Shown here piece by piece: positions 17,898 to 28,069 of a stretch of 64,000 nucleotides of DNA. A program made the translations under genes and the position numbers. This DNA is from an uncultured Gammaproteobacteria bacterium (lineage in GTDB: Bacteria; Patescibacteriota; Patescibacteriia; Magasanikbacterales; GWA2-37-8): assembly GCA_964634875.1 (NCBI GenBank), contig CAZWKA010000003.1:16591-80590 (forward strand). The letters are read 5' to 3'. The notes under the pieces are model-generated. The model did not search any database. It had not been told where the DNA came from and saw nothing but the letters and a program-made list of their open reading frames with translations. The first letter of the stretch is position 1; each line of letters starts with the position of its first letter.

Positions 17898-17936
17898 AAA
17901 AAAATACCCAAACTTTTTAAGTTTGGGTATTTTTTT
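17898..17936. terminator. Bidirectional intrinsic terminator
   Basis: AAAAAATACCCAAACTT-TTT-AAGTTTGGGTATTTTTT. Confidence 0.8.
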
Positions 17937-18006
17937 GTGGCCACGAGTGGGGTCGTTAGCGCGCACGCCTCGTGGATACGTGAGTGGGCAGGGGAAAGCG
18001 GTCGAG

Positions 18007-18432
18007 CTAGTTGAGGGGCTCGAGGGCGATCGTGACCCAGCGCTCGCTCTCGAGCTGCTGCTGCCGGGGCTGTCGTAGCCGCTCCTGGCTTAGCCGAAAC
18101 GAGGCACGCAGGAACGTCTCGAAGGCTGAGGCGCGTAGCGGGTTCATCTTGATGTAGTAGCACCGCCACCAGTTGGGGTTGGCTCGGTCGAAGGTGGTCG
18201 AACGGGTCGTCCGGCTCTTCTGGACCATGACGAGGATGCGACGCCCGGGACCCTTGTCGTCTTCCCGAACGAGCTCGCCTTCGTCGTCGATGCCGACGAA
18301 TTCCCTGAGGACGCGCAGAATGTCCTCGTGGAAGATGGAAACCTGGCCTGGCCACCGTGCCGCTTCTCCGTCGGAGAGCTGGTGGACCAGGATACCGGGC
18401 TCAGCCACCTCTTTACTCGCTGCTTCGATCAT
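18007..18432 (-). CDS. GC-rich SD-led orphan C, cytoplasmic
   Basis: AAGGAGG-5nt-ATG at 18432; GC-rich codons; promoter TTGACA-17-TAAACT at 18463-18491. Confidence 0.7.
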   Translation of the reverse strand: MIEAASKEVAEPGILVHQLSDGEAARWPGQVSIFHEDILRVLREFVGIDDEGELVREDDKGPGRRILVMVQKSRTTRSTTFDRANPNWWRCYYIKMNPLRASAFETFLRASFRLSQERLRQPRQQQLESERWVTIALEPLN

Positions 18433-18556
18433 CAAGGCCTCCTTGGGGGTTGATAACGTGGCAGTTTATATAGCATGCCTGGTTTTGTCAATGATTAGAC
18501 CTGTCCAACAAAAAAAGACTATCGCAGAGACAGTCTTTTTGTTGGTTAAGACGTGG

Positions 18557-19783
18557 TTATTTTTTCTCAATATAATAGACGGCACCATTAAAATCGTCTG
18601 TGACAAAGAAGGATTTTTCATCGTTTACCAGTATACCGGCGGGGCGACCATGTACAGTTGTACCTTGCAAAAATCCGCTCAGAAAATCAGTTTGTTTTCC
18701 GTCTTGGGTAGTGGCAATTACGGTGTAACCAGCTTTAAGGGTTTTGTTGCCAGAGCCATGCAGGGCAACCAAGAGTTGGTTGTTGAAATAGGTAATACCC
18801 AAGGGTGCGCTGTGGGCGGGGAGTTTTACATCGGCTAGGGGGACGGTGCTGCAATCAAACGTTTTGCTCCATTCTTTACTAGTATCAGGTTCAATTGTGG
18901 TATTGGATTCGTAACAGTAGGGCCAGCCATAATTTTTGCCTTCCAACACTTCGTAAATAGTGTCGGGCGGTTGATTGTCGCCGAGGTGGTCAGCATTATT
19001 ATTGGTGGCAATCAGGGCGCTGCCCACAAACGTGAGGCCGACAGCGTTACGCAGGCCGCTGGCAAAGACTTTGCTATCGCTTCCATCCGGGTTCATGACC
19101 AGGATACTAGCCCGGCTTGGTTCGTCTTCTTTTTCTTCGCACGAGTTGCAAGAGCTACCAACCGAAACATAGAGCTTATTATTCTTCGCGACAACTGTTC
19201 GGGTAATATGCCAACCGCCTTGACCCAGCGTTCGGCCATAGGCGGGGAACGTGGCAATCGTTTCTGGTTTGGTTGTGGGGGCATTGTCACTGTTTGTGTA
19301 AGGATAGCGGATAAGTTTGTCGGTTAGGGCAATATAGAGCCAGGTTTTGCCGTCCGTGTCTGTATAAAAAGCCAGGCTGTGTGGGTTGCGGAGGTTTGAC
19401 ACGTAGGTGTGCGTGCCGGTGAATTTTTTGGTTTGTTCGTCAAATGCATCAAAAATATAGACTTTTCCGCGCCTCGTATCGCTAGCATTGTACATTTCGC
19501 CAAGGAAAAGGCGATTATCCGGGCTTTTAGCCATAAAGCGCAAGCGTTGGTAGCCTTCAGCAGCAACGCTAAGAGTGTGGTCATTAGGGTGGGTGAGTGA
19601 AAATGCCCGGCCATTTTTGAGTTTGACGGTAGTTGTCGTTGGTGCGGGTGAAGACACTGACGGTGGGGTGCTGGTTGAGAGAGGTGTTCCGTTATCGAGT
19701 GGTTCATCAAAGAATTGCCCGTTCGTGCAGCCTGCGCCAAGGAGTACTAAGATTAAGGGCAGGGCAAAAAGTATTTTTTTCAT
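18557..19783 (-). CDS. PQQ-dependent sugar/sorbosone dehydrogenase-like beta-propeller lipoprotein
   Basis: LGAGC lipobox; LYVSVGSSCN, GLRNAVG, NYGWPYC, AHSAPLG, GRPAG motifs. Confidence 0.85.
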   Translation of the reverse strand: MKKILFALPLILVLLGAGCTNGQFFDEPLDNGTPLSTSTPPSVSSPAPTTTTVKLKNGRAFSLTHPNDHTLSVAAEGYQRLRFMAKSPDNRLFLGEMYNASDTRRGKVYIFDAFDEQTKKFTGTHTYVSNLRNPHSLAFYTDTDGKTWLYIALTDKLIRYPYTNSDNAPTTKPETIATFPAYGRTLGQGGWHITRTVVAKNNKLYVSVGSSCNSCEEKEDEPSRASILVMNPDGSDSKVFASGLRNAVGLTFVGSALIATNNNADHLGDNQPPDTIYEVLEGKNYGWPYCYESNTTIEPDTSKEWSKTFDCSTVPLADVKLPAHSAPLGITYFNNQLLVALHGSGNKTLKAGYTVIATTQDGKQTDFLSGFLQGTTVHGRPAGILVNDEKSFFVTDDFNGAVYYIEKK

Positions 19784-19954
19784 ACTAAACTCAGGTGGAT
19801 TAAAAATGACCTTAGTATCCTAGCATCATTTTTTGGAATGGGCTACTAAAGTTATTTTACGGCCAGGAGCTCTTTCTTTTTTTGACCTGTGGGTTGTTAG
19901 CTTGGAGTTTATGGTGTATACTCCCTATACTTAATTAACACTAATCGTACTCTT

Positions 19955-20710
19955 ATGGATGATCAAAGATCATTTTTCCAGCAGCTTTCCCCCAAAAGCG
20001 CGATGACTGTAGGCCTCCTGGGCGGCCTGATGACCTTGTGTACTATCGGCTTTTTTGTCCTGCTCGGGCTTAATCTCAAAAATGGTTTTTCGTCCGGTGG
20101 AAGCAAGCCGCTCGCTGTGCAGCCAGCCGCTCCACAAGGTGAAGTTCAGCCTCCTGCCCCTACCGGGCCGGTTGATGTTGGTGTCGGGCATTTCCCGATG
20201 AAAGGCAAGAGTGATGCCCCAGTAACGGTTATACAGTTTGCGGACTTCCGCTGCCCATTCTGTGAGCGTTTTTATAGTGATGCGGAGCAGGGGATGTTGA
20301 GGGATTATGTTGCGACGGGCAAGGTAAAATATTATTTCCGTAATTTTGCTTTTCTTGGTCCTGAGTCGACACTTGTTGCCGAAGCGTCAGAGTGCGCTAA
20401 TGACCAGGGCAAGTTTTGGGAATTCCATAATTGGATCTTTGAGAACCAGGCTCCAGAGTCTGACTCAACCTATTACTCCCAGGATAATTTGATTAAGTAT
20501 GGTGTGGGTGTTGGCCTCAACAAAGCAAAGTTCACCCAATGTTTGACTGACCGCACCTTCGCCGCAAAGGTGCAAGAAGATTTGAACGAAGGTCAGGCAG
20601 CCGGGGTTAATGGTACGCCGACCACGTTTATTGACGGTGTTGCGCTTGTTGGTGCACAGCCTTACGCCGCCCTACAGCAAGCGATTGATCAGGCGTTAGC
20701 CAATAAATAA
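19955..20710 (+). CDS. DsbA/BdbD-like thiol-disulfide oxidoreductase
   Basis: FADFRCPFC, GVNGTPT, GAQPY; N-terminal TM. Confidence 0.9.
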   Translation: MDDQRSFFQQLSPKSAMTVGLLGGLMTLCTIGFFVLLGLNLKNGFSSGGSKPLAVQPAAPQGEVQPPAPTGPVDVGVGHFPMKGKSDAPVTVIQFADFRCPFCERFYSDAEQGMLRDYVATGKVKYYFRNFAFLGPESTLVAEASECANDQGKFWEFHNWIFENQAPESDSTYYSQDNLIKYGVGVGLNKAKFTQCLTDRTFAAKVQEDLNEGQAAGVNGTPTTFIDGVALVGAQPYAALQQAIDQALANK

Positions 20711-20834
20711 AAATAATTTTAAATAACTCTGATTGTTATAAATCGGAGTTATTTTTTTAGCCGAAGCAGCTCTTTACATTTTTGAGTTTCAAGCGTACGC
20801 TTACACATAATAATTAATTTTTAATTACATAGGT

Positions 20835-21422
20835 ATGAAAAAAGCAATTTTTGCTGTAGTTCTGGGTATTGTAGTTATGGGCGCTGGATGCAGTGCTGCA
20901 AGTAACCCTGACCAGTCGAATGTTTCGGGAAATGGAGAAACTAAAACATACGAAAATTCTTTGTATAGTTTTCAATTTAAATACCCCGCCAATGCTCAAG
21001 AATCTGTTTTGACTCTCGGAAATTTAGATGAAAAATTAGTACAGTTTGAGTTACCTGTTGACCAGTACCCCTCAACCAATCTGGCTGAAGCTCAATTCAT
21101 TGTTACAGCCCTTCCCCTCGATGAATTGGACAGCTGTCTGTCTTTGGCTTTGCCAGATGAGTCGGTAAAATTTGATACTGCCAACAAAATAGTTATCAAT
21201 GGTCAGGATTTCTATTCTGCCACGGTTATTGATCAAGACAGCGCTGATTTGTATGAATCTCGAATTTACAGGGCGTTTAATGACTATGTCTGTTTTGAGT
21301 TTGAAGAAGCAATTCACACTACGAATGTAGAAGAAGGTGTAACTGAAGTCGACAAATCATCTGTCTGGCAGTCGCTCGAGGAAATGCTCCAGTCGGTTAC
21401 TTTCGACCGTCCTAACGTTTAA
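20835..21422 (+). CDS. Acidic lipoprotein, unknown function
   Basis: MGAGC lipobox; YENSLYSFQFKYP PsbP-like start. Confidence 0.6.
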   Translation: MKKAIFAVVLGIVVMGAGCSAASNPDQSNVSGNGETKTYENSLYSFQFKYPANAQESVLTLGNLDEKLVQFELPVDQYPSTNLAEAQFIVTALPLDELDSCLSLALPDESVKFDTANKIVINGQDFYSATVIDQDSADLYESRIYRAFNDYVCFEFEEAIHTTNVEEGVTEVDKSSVWQSLEEMLQSVTFDRPNV

Positions 21423-21452
21423 TTTTAAACGTAACACGCCAGCTTAAAATAT

Positions 21453-21716
21453 ATGGCCACTTCTTGTGCACATATTTCCGAAATTAAAGCTGTTACCCCG
21501 ATAACACCGGACGGCTGCACAGACTGTCTTACGACTGGTGACGAGTGGGTGGCGCTCCGTCTCTGTCTGTCGTGCGGAAATGTAGGTTGCTGTGATTCTT
21601 CCAAAAATAAACATGCGACCAAACATTTCGAGGCAACCGGCCACCCGATCATGCAGGCCTACCAAGAGGGCAAAGAATGGAAATGGTGTTATGTGGATAA
21701 GATATATGTACTATAA
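21453..21716 (+). CDS. UBP-type zinc finger protein
   Basis: C..C...W..LRLCLSCGNVGCCDSSKNKHATKHF...HP...W.WCYVD. Confidence 0.9.
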   Translation: MATSCAHISEIKAVTPITPDGCTDCLTTGDEWVALRLCLSCGNVGCCDSSKNKHATKHFEATGHPIMQAYQEGKEWKWCYVDKIYVL

Positions 21717-21755
21717 AAAAATAACCCCAGGGTTTCCTGGGGTTATTTTATAATG

Positions 21756-21845
21756 AAGACTGTCCTCACCCTGCCTGCATATGTACATATTCGGGCACGG
21801 TGAGATAAAGGGGACAGTCTTGAGTCTGTGGGGTTGGGGGGTCGT
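21756..21845 (-). other. Structured 3' UTR of GC-rich gene D
   Basis: AAGACTGTCC...GGACAGTCTT long imperfect hairpin; the mRNA strand has CCCCCCAACCCCAC just after the stop. Confidence 0.7.
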
Positions 21846-21850
21846 AGCGG

Positions 21851-22285
21851 TTAGCTGAATCGGGAAAGGTCAGTCGGGAACTCGGTCTCGATCACCAGCT
21901 GTAGCGCTGAAACAGAAACCGGTTTCACTAGTGTGCCTTTGATGCCTAGGTTTCGAAGATCCAGACGTTCATGTCCGGTCGCCAGATAGGCGGGAACGTG
22001 GGCGAGAGTGCTGTCAGCCCGCAGTTGCTCGACCAGCCAGAATCCATCGTGCACGGGCATAGAAGCGTCAACGAAGACGAGTTTAAGTCGTTCGCCGACT
22101 GCTCTCGCCTCGTCCAGGCCATCAGCCGCATTCGTGGCGCTGATGATGTGGTAACCTGCGCACAGGCCACTAACGAGCATCGAGAAGAGCTCGGTTGTGT
22201 CAGGGCAGTCATCAACAACCAGGATGACAGGTCGGCCTTCCGGCCTGCTGGATGTGGGGAGTGCTTCTGGAGTATGGGTCAGCAT
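21851..22285 (-). CDS. GC-rich SD-led gene D: single-domain response regulator
   Basis: GGAG-7nt-ATG at 22285; ILVVDD, VFVDASMP, LATG, LVKP receiver residues. Confidence 0.8.
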   Translation of the reverse strand: MLTHTPEALPTSSRPEGRPVILVVDDCPDTTELFSMLVSGLCAGYHIISATNAADGLDEARAVGERLKLVFVDASMPVHDGFWLVEQLRADSTLAHVPAYLATGHERLDLRNLGIKGTLVKPVSVSALQLVIETEFPTDLSRFS

Positions 22286-22432
22286 GAGAATTCTCCGCGT
22301 GAAGTGGAATAGAGGTACCCTGTGCCTAAAACACTCTTTTGTCAAGCCCAGACCCCATTTCTTGAAAATAACGGGTGGCCAGGGTAGTTGCTAAGCAACA
22401 AATGATTTTATCTTGTACTAGGTTATATACGT

Positions 22433-22870
22433 ATGGAAATTACCCGCCATTTTACCGCCACCACATTTATTGTGTATAACAAAAAAGTACTTCTACATTT
22501 GCATAAGAAGTTGGGTATTTGGCTTCCGCCGGGCGGACATCTTGATCGTGACGAGCTTCCAGAGGTGGCAGCGCTGCGCGAAGTTAAAGAAGAAACAGGG
22601 CTTGATGTCGAGTTGTACCAGCCTCCGAACAGTTTTACTTTTAAAAGCGTGGGTGTGCTGAAGCAGCCCTTTTGTATTTTGCTCGAAGACATCAATCCGT
22701 TCCATCAACATATTGATTATAATTACCTGGCTCGGGCAACGACCGCTGAGGTAAGTGAAGAAGGAACGCAAAAGCATGGTATGCGCTGGCTCAGCCTTGA
22801 AGAAATAAATGTGCTTGATGCGCCGGATGATGTAAAAAATTTAGCAGCCGAGGCATTGGCGCTTTTGTAA
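22433..22870 (+). CDS. NUDIX hydrolase
   Basis: GGHLDRDELPEVAALREVKEETGL Nudix box. Confidence 0.92.
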   Translation: MEITRHFTATTFIVYNKKVLLHLHKKLGIWLPPGGHLDRDELPEVAALREVKEETGLDVELYQPPNSFTFKSVGVLKQPFCILLEDINPFHQHIDYNYLARATTAEVSEEGTQKHGMRWLSLEEINVLDAPDDVKNLAAEALALL

Positions 22871-22875
22871 AAAGT

Positions 22876-23523
22876 ATGGAGAAACGTAAGCCCTTATTGT
22901 CTGCGCGGACAACCTACAGTATTGGCGCTGCGCTCATCAGTATTGGACTCATCATCAAAGGTGTCTATTTTTTGTCTAGCGCTTTTCAAGGGAATGAATT
23001 GTCGGTTCCGCTACCAGTAGTAACATCGACGTTACTGAGTTTTGACATTGCGTCCTCAACAGCCCAGATTCCCGTTGCGACTTCGACGCTTTCGTACCGT
23101 TTAATAATACCTAAGATCGGCGTTGATATGCCGATTGTGATTGACGAAAAAAATGAAACACGCGGCCTCGCCCAGGGAGCTTGGCAAATTCCAGGAACCG
23201 CTGTCCCTGGTGAAGAAGGAGGATATGGCAATATTGTGCTCAGCGCCCATCGGTATTTGTACACGTCTGGTCCGCGGACTTTTTTTAATCTCGACAAGCT
23301 TGAGGCGGGGGATGAAATTAGTATTGAGTGGCTTGGAAAAACCTATGTGTATGTAGTTGATGGTTCTGCGGTCGTGCCGCCAACTGCAGTTGAAATTTTG
23401 AACCCTAGTGCAGAGCCTCGTCTCACGCTCTTCACATGTACACCTGTTTTTACTACCAAAAATCGGTTGGTTGTAACTGCGTATCTTAGTACGCCGCATT
23501 CTTCCACAACCACCCCTAAGTAA
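22876..23523 (+). CDS. Sortase
   Basis: N-terminal TM; LSAHR, LTLFTC, NRLVV catalytic H/C/R. Confidence 0.9.
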   Translation: MEKRKPLLSARTTYSIGAALISIGLIIKGVYFLSSAFQGNELSVPLPVVTSTLLSFDIASSTAQIPVATSTLSYRLIIPKIGVDMPIVIDEKNETRGLAQGAWQIPGTAVPGEEGGYGNIVLSAHRYLYTSGPRTFFNLDKLEAGDEISIEWLGKTYVYVVDGSAVVPPTAVEILNPSAEPRLTLFTCTPVFTTKNRLVVTAYLSTPHSSTTTPK

Positions 23524-23595
23524 GACTTGACACAAAAATTGACTTTATGATGGGAGGGGAGTAGGAATAAGGAAGTAGTTACACTATTGTTAGGT

Positions 23596-24936
23596 ATGAA
23601 ACAGGATTTTTTTACAAATATTTGTTTACGTTTACTAGGGGTGAGCCTGTTAATTCTAGGTACTTTATTTTTTTGTGTTAATACCCGCGCTGCAGCCTCC
23701 CTTGTTCCGATTGAAGCTGATGATTTTGGTTTTTTGACTGTGTACAGTAGTTCAACCGTAACTGTTGCTGACGATGCTGCGACAGTTTTATATATAGTTG
23801 ATGGCGCCACTGTGGTCACGACTACACTGAGTATTAATGGTCAGGTAGATTTATATTTAACGCCCGGTGAGTATCAGTTGAGCCAGCAACCAAGTGATGG
23901 TTACACGCCAGTTTTTTTTGTTGATAGTGAAGATCCCGAAACTCCGCAGTGTGATACGTCCGGACGCATACTCGTCCCTGCTGAGCAGGGAGGGGTTCGT
24001 TTGGTCTGTAATATTTTACAAAGCATCTACGTTCCTACAGAAGAGGAAGTTCCGCCTTTTGTCCCAACCACCAGCACACTCCATATCAACCAGCTCGTTA
24101 TCAACGACAATGGTGACAACAAAACAGTTATAGATTTTCCTTTTGATGTGGCGATTGACGGGGTAACAACGACTTACCCTGGGGCGAGTACAACAACAAT
24201 TGTAAACCTCTCTGCAACGAGCACGTATAGTGTTGATCTTGCTGTGCCTGGCAGTTATGCTCGAACGCTTAGCGGGGATTGTTCGGGTACGAGTTCCGAG
24301 GTCGGCACTCTTGTAACGTGTACTATTGCTCTCGATGATCAGGAATTATTTTTGACCGATGTGCGGGCGGAAGCGGTTGATACGACATCAGTAAAAGTTA
24401 TGTGGACAACGAGTCATGCTGCTACGAGCCGGGTGATTTATGACGTGGTGAATCACGATGCCACGACTACGCCTCCATTGTATGGTTATGCTTTTACGAG
24501 TAATGAGCAGGGCGAGTTTGTTACAAATCACGAAGTGATTATCGCCGGTCTTGCTCCAGATACGCTTTATTATTTTCGCGCCGTCTCGCACGGCTCGCCA
24601 GAAGTAGTTAGTAACGAGGTGTCTGTTAAAACTATCGCCGCGACTGGCGGTGGACAGAATTTTAGCACGGGTGCGGGCGGGGGAGGGGTTGTTGCCCCGC
24701 CGCCAACAGCACCCACACCTGCTCCGGCACCAGTCCCAAGCGCACCGCAAGCAGTTTTAGGTGAAAAGATAGAAGTCACAGCTCCGCTGCCGAGCCCTAC
24801 TCCACAAGCCGTACTCGGTTTTCAAACTTTACCAGTAACTGGTGGGCGCGCGCCTTCACGTTTACCTGATGTAGCGGTGGACTGTATGTTATTAGGTGGC
24901 CTGCTCGTACTTCGAACCAGGCTCCTCGCTGAGTAG
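23596..24936 (+). CDS. Secreted surface protein with FN3-like domain and LPxTG-like sorting signal
   Basis: Signal peptide; HEVIIAGLAPDTLYYFR; C-terminal LPVTG followed by a hydrophobic stretch and RTR. Confidence 0.7.
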   Translation: MKQDFFTNICLRLLGVSLLILGTLFFCVNTRAAASLVPIEADDFGFLTVYSSSTVTVADDAATVLYIVDGATVVTTTLSINGQVDLYLTPGEYQLSQQPSDGYTPVFFVDSEDPETPQCDTSGRILVPAEQGGVRLVCNILQSIYVPTEEEVPPFVPTTSTLHINQLVINDNGDNKTVIDFPFDVAIDGVTTTYPGASTTTIVNLSATSTYSVDLAVPGSYARTLSGDCSGTSSEVGTLVTCTIALDDQELFLTDVRAEAVDTTSVKVMWTTSHAATSRVIYDVVNHDATTTPPLYGYAFTSNEQGEFVTNHEVIIAGLAPDTLYYFRAVSHGSPEVVSNEVSVKTIAATGGGQNFSTGAGGGGVVAPPPTAPTPAPAPVPSAPQAVLGEKIEVTAPLPSPTPQAVLGFQTLPVTGGRAPSRLPDVAVDCMLLGGLLVLRTRLLAE

Positions 24937-25083
24937 TAACAGTATTTTTAATGTTAGAACACATAACCCTTCCTTCGGAAGGTTAAGTGTTTTTTGCTCA
25001 CCGGTTTTTAAAATTGATAAAAGGGCGGTTTGTGCGTGCAGTAGTGTGTTTTATAAACATCTAAAAAGGTATATACTAAGGCC

Positions 25084-26361
25084 ATGAAGCGTGCGCTTAA
25101 AAAATATTTTATCCCCCACGCGGAGAATAAGTACCACCCGCATTTTTTGCATGCCAAACGTGCGTTGGCATATTCGACTTTTTTTATTTGGATTAAAGCA
25201 TTTTTAGTTGGCTTAGTTTTGGCTATTCCGCTGCCTGCTTTTGTTGCGCCCGATGTCTTATCGGGCGAGCAGGCTCGTCTGGTGCAGCTGACAAATACGC
25301 TGCGAGCACGAGAAAACCGCGAACCACTGGTTGTTCGACCTCTGCTCAACCGTTCGAGCGCGCTCAAGGCGGATGATATGGCGGTGCAGCAGTATTTTAG
25401 CCACAACGGTCCCGACGACCATAATCTGAAATTTTTTCTTAAGGCTGCCGGATATGGTTACCGCACAGCCGGAGAAAATTTAGCCATGGGTTTTTTCAGC
25501 GCCGATGAAGTGCTTTCGGCGTGGGTAAAAAGTCCGACGCATTATAAAAATTTAATTGACAGTGAATACCTGGAGCTTGGCACAAGCATGGTGGCTGGTT
25601 TGTATAATAATATTCCCACTGCTTATGCCGTAGCGCATTTTGGTACACCGCCGATTACGGCTCCAAGCGCTGCCTCGTCAACTCCGGTAGTGCCTGCTAT
25701 CGCTGAGCCTGTAGTCACTGATCCGGTCATCTCAGTACCTCCAAAAAGCGTCCCAGCCCTCCGGGTGCTAAGCCAGAAGAGTGGTGTTGCTGTAGTAAAA
25801 ACTCCGGCTCCTGTAGAAATCATTCCGCCTCGATTGGCCTATGACGCTGATCGTTCGCAAGTGCTCTGGAAAGAAGCTGAAGGCGGAGTGCTGGTTCAGA
25901 TCCAGGCATATATCCAAGGTTCCGTAAAAACTGCTCAGGTAGAGATTGCTGGCCATACTGTAACTCTTGAGCCAGAGCTAAGTAGGAGCGAACAAGATAT
26001 GAGGCGCTACGCTGGATCACAGGTTTTACCGCTTAGTAAGTCGGAGTTGTTCCGAGTGGTGGTGCCGCCAACTCTTTCCGTAATTGGTGAGGGTGGGGAA
26101 ATAATTACCGGTTCTGTGGCCTGGCATGCTCCACCGATTATTACACCAAGCTCGTGGCAGCGCTATACTGTTGCCCGCCGGAGCATTCCTTTGGTTGCAA
26201 GTATTGTCGATTTTTCAAACAGCGTCTATATTGGTTTTTTGGCTTTATTCTTAGCGGCCTTTGTTGCTTTGGTTGTTGTGGAGGCTCGCAAACAACACCC
26301 TCATGTTATTGTCCAAACCCTGGGGGTGATTGCGTTGCTCCTGGTGCTTATCATAACCTAG
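25084..26361 (+). CDS. CAP (SCP) domain membrane protein
   Basis: KADDM...YFSH, AGENLAMGF, AWVKSPTHYKNL; C-terminal TMs. Confidence 0.85.
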   Translation: MKRALKKYFIPHAENKYHPHFLHAKRALAYSTFFIWIKAFLVGLVLAIPLPAFVAPDVLSGEQARLVQLTNTLRARENREPLVVRPLLNRSSALKADDMAVQQYFSHNGPDDHNLKFFLKAAGYGYRTAGENLAMGFFSADEVLSAWVKSPTHYKNLIDSEYLELGTSMVAGLYNNIPTAYAVAHFGTPPITAPSAASSTPVVPAIAEPVVTDPVISVPPKSVPALRVLSQKSGVAVVKTPAPVEIIPPRLAYDADRSQVLWKEAEGGVLVQIQAYIQGSVKTAQVEIAGHTVTLEPELSRSEQDMRRYAGSQVLPLSKSELFRVVVPPTLSVIGEGGEIITGSVAWHAPPIITPSSWQRYTVARRSIPLVASIVDFSNSVYIGFLALFLAAFVALVVVEARKQHPHVIVQTLGVIALLLVLIIT

Positions 26362-26386
26362 TCCACACCCCTGTAGCGTCGAGGGG

Positions 26387-26415
26387 TTGACAAAAATGCT
26401 AAAAAGTGCTACTAT
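26387..26415 (+). promoter_or_regulatory. Sigma70 promoter of the csp gene, giving a long 5' UTR
   Basis: TTGACA-17-TACTAT about 90 nt upstream of the ATG. Confidence 0.65.
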
Positions 26416-26507
26416 ACATTCACCTAAGCAGTCTTCACGTAGAGATGCCGTCGAGTTTCTACCTAAGACAAACTGTCTTAAGTCTTAATCCACCCATCTT
26501 TATCACT

Positions 26508-26705
26508 ATGAAAGGTGTTATCAAACGCTTAACGGATAAAGGATTCGGCTTTATTACTCCAGACGGAGAAGTAAAGGACGTTTTCTTCCACATGAGCGAC
26601 CTCAACGGCGTGCAATTCAACGATTTGCAAGTCGGCCAGGCTGTAACTTTCGAAGTTGCCCAGTCTGACAAAGGCCCTAAGGCCGTCAACGTTACTTTGG
26701 CGTAA
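26508..26705 (+). CDS. Cold-shock protein
   Basis: KGFGFI (RNP1), DVFFH (RNP2), KGPKAVNV. Confidence 0.95.
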   Translation: MKGVIKRLTDKGFGFITPDGEVKDVFFHMSDLNGVQFNDLQVGQAVTFEVAQSDKGPKAVNVTLA

Positions 26706-26808
26706 TAGCCCTAGTTACTACAAAAACCGCTCTAGCAATAGAGTGGTTTTTGTTTTTGCCAAGTTTTAGAGAGAGTGCTATGCTTTTAATAGTTTGTTTT
26801 TAAAAATT

Positions 26809-27321
26809 ATGTATATGGTGCACAAAGCAGAAGGCGCTGGTTTTGAACCCCCATCAACCGGCGATGCGGGCGGTGCTAGTCAAAAAGCCGAAAATACTTC
26901 AGGTAAAGAAGTTAGTTTTGCTTTAAAAATGAAAATACAAATGATGATAGTTGAGAAGCTTCAGGACCTTAAAATAGCCGCCCCTAAGCGTGCAGGAGGG
27001 GACGAGTCGGTTTCTTTGAAAGAAGACTCTAAAAAGCTGAATAAAGAAGTGGCTGCCCTAGAAGAGTATTTAGCTGAGTATAGTCTTATTTTTAATGCTT
27101 TATTGGATCAGCCCAAAATTAAAGACCTGGCTTTGACCGATCCCCAGGCCGCAGCAGACGCGATTTTTGTCCGTCTCAAAAAACTCAAACCTGTCTTTGA
27201 CGAACATTTTCCAAGAGACGTACGCCCGCTGGTCGTTGATAAACCTTCGGCTGAAGATCTGCGGTGGCTACACTTTTTGACGAAGGAAACAGATAGTGTT
27301 GATACTGCCGCGTTCAATTAA
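26809..27321 (+). CDS. Hypothetical protein
   Basis: ORF with resident codon usage between terminator and next gene; start uncertain (26809 or 26815). Confidence 0.55.
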   Translation: MYMVHKAEGAGFEPPSTGDAGGASQKAENTSGKEVSFALKMKIQMMIVEKLQDLKIAAPKRAGGDESVSLKEDSKKLNKEVAALEEYLAEYSLIFNALLDQPKIKDLALTDPQAAADAIFVRLKKLKPVFDEHFPRDVRPLVVDKPSAEDLRWLHFLTKETDSVDTAAFN

Positions 27322-27339
27322 TGTTTTAAAATTTTGTGT

Positions 27340-27897
27340 ATGAATATGCCGCTTAAAATTGTCGGGATTGTTGGAAGTTTACGTACAGGTTCATATAATA
27401 GGGCTCTTTTGAATGCTGCGCGTGAATTGGTGCCAGAAGGGGTTGAGCTTGAGATTTTGGAAATTAGCACCTTTCCATTATTCAACCAGGATATGGAACA
27501 AAATTTGCCGCCTGATGTGGTGCAATTCAAAGAAAAAATTAAAGCCGCGGACGCTGTGCTTTTTGTAACTCCGGAATATAACTACTCTATCCCGGGTGTT
27601 TTGAAAAATGCCATTGACTGGGGTTCACGTCCCTATGGCCAGAATAGTTTTGACGACAAGCCGGTGGCTATAATGGGTGCGTCGATGGGGATGCTCGGGA
27701 GCGCTCGCGCTCAATACCAGCTCCGCCAGACGTTTGTCTTTTTGAATATGCACGCTGTTAACCGACCCGAGGTGATGGTGCCGAGCGTGCAGGATAAGGT
27801 TGATCAAAACGGTGTTGTTACTGACGCACATACTCGGGACAAGATACGAGAATTGCTCGAAGCGCTGGTTGGCCATACTCGTCGTTTGAACCACTAG
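27340..27897 (+). CDS. NADPH-dependent FMN reductase (ChrR/SsuE family)
   Basis: GSLRTGSYN, TPEYNYSIPGVLKNAIDW. Confidence 0.92.
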   Translation: MNMPLKIVGIVGSLRTGSYNRALLNAARELVPEGVELEILEISTFPLFNQDMEQNLPPDVVQFKEKIKAADAVLFVTPEYNYSIPGVLKNAIDWGSRPYGQNSFDDKPVAIMGASMGMLGSARAQYQLRQTFVFLNMHAVNRPEVMVPSVQDKVDQNGVVTDAHTRDKIRELLEALVGHTRRLNH

Positions 27898-28069
27898 CCT
27901 GTCAATAAAAAAATTCATTTTCAGTCTCTTGTTTGATTGAAAGAGGGTTTTTAGGTATACTTATCTTGCTTGCGGATCCATTTTTTTAAGGGTACGGATG
28001 GGATCAGTCAGATTGACAAAACCCTTAAAAAGGGATAGAATATCTAATCAATAGTTATTCAAACGTGGT

